Of a stretch of DNA of 64,000 bases, positions 63,948 to 64,000 are shown in pieces. The notes under the pieces were generated by a model. It saw only the letters and a program-made list of their open reading frames with translations, was not told the DNA's origin and searched no databases. The position numbers were made by a program, and so were the translations under genes. The number at the start of each line of letters is the position of its first letter. Within the stretch, counting starts at the first letter, position 1. Source of the DNA: an uncultured Candidatus Poseidoniales archaeon (GTDB lineage: Archaea > Thermoplasmatota > Poseidoniia > Poseidoniales > Poseidoniaceae); NCBI GenBank assembly GCA_963997415.1, contig CAXEMN010000006.1, positions 1,927-65,926 on the forward strand, written 5' to 3'.

Positions 63948-64000
63948 ACCTGTCCTAAGGGCATTTGATTGATAAGCACCTGTATGTGACTTACCATTCC

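Noticed and set aside
1-64000. CRISPR arrays, tRNA/rRNA genes, transposases and integrases
   Set aside because: I scanned all spacers longer than 60 nt by eye. I found no regularly spaced direct repeats and no cloverleaf-compatible 70-90 nt segments. No ORF has DDE, tyrosine- or serine-recombinase motifs. A tRNA scan (tRNAscan-SE) would be the decisive check.

Overview
This is a gene-dense chromosomal segment with about 59 protein genes, one structured RNA, and no rRNA, tRNA, CRISPR array or transposase that I could recognise. It is almost certainly archaeal: it carries Orc1/Cdc6, a CDC48-type double AAA+ ATPase, a FlaI/TadA-like pilus ATPase with FlaJ/TadC-like platform proteins, TrmB- and HTH_10-type regulators, and GGAGGTGA-like Shine-Dalgarno sites with many 1-4 nt start/stop overlaps. 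The gene mix suggests a marine planktonic member of Thermoplasmatota such as Marine Group II (Poseidoniales), but that placement is inference only. It rests on bacterial-type nei, glpX, thrS and a BoxB-like oxygenase, beta-oxidation enzymes, two photolyases and a carotenoid synthase. Blocks, left to right: (1) a type IV pilus-like operon (0.4-5.5 kb). (2) An acyl-/aroyl-CoA catabolic cluster built around a BoxB-like diiron oxygenase (6.3-13.3 kb). (3) glpX, moaC/moaE, a flavoprotein, a crotonase, a class I aldolase, a glycosyltransferase and ahcY (13.3-20.8 kb). (4) A divergent pair of winged-helix proteins, one an 837-aa orphan, around an AT-rich spacer (20.9-24.0 kb). (5) A probable RNase P RNA, followed by a PPAT/DPCK fusion and a GT2 gene. 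(6) orc1/cdc6 with an AT-rich candidate origin (27.2-28.7 kb). (7) A large UV/light-protection island made of two divergent operons (28.7-41.6 kb). (8) CDC48, a PRC-barrel protein and a DUF58-containing membrane cluster (43.5-50.2 kb). (9) A Roadblock/LC7 gene plus a 1057-aa Roadblock/coiled-coil giant (50.3-54.0 kb), which I rate the most interesting undescribed module. (10) ttuA-like, pyrBI, two large convergent membrane proteins, and thrS. All functional calls come from motif recognition by eye. No database search was run, and start codons are often ambiguous.
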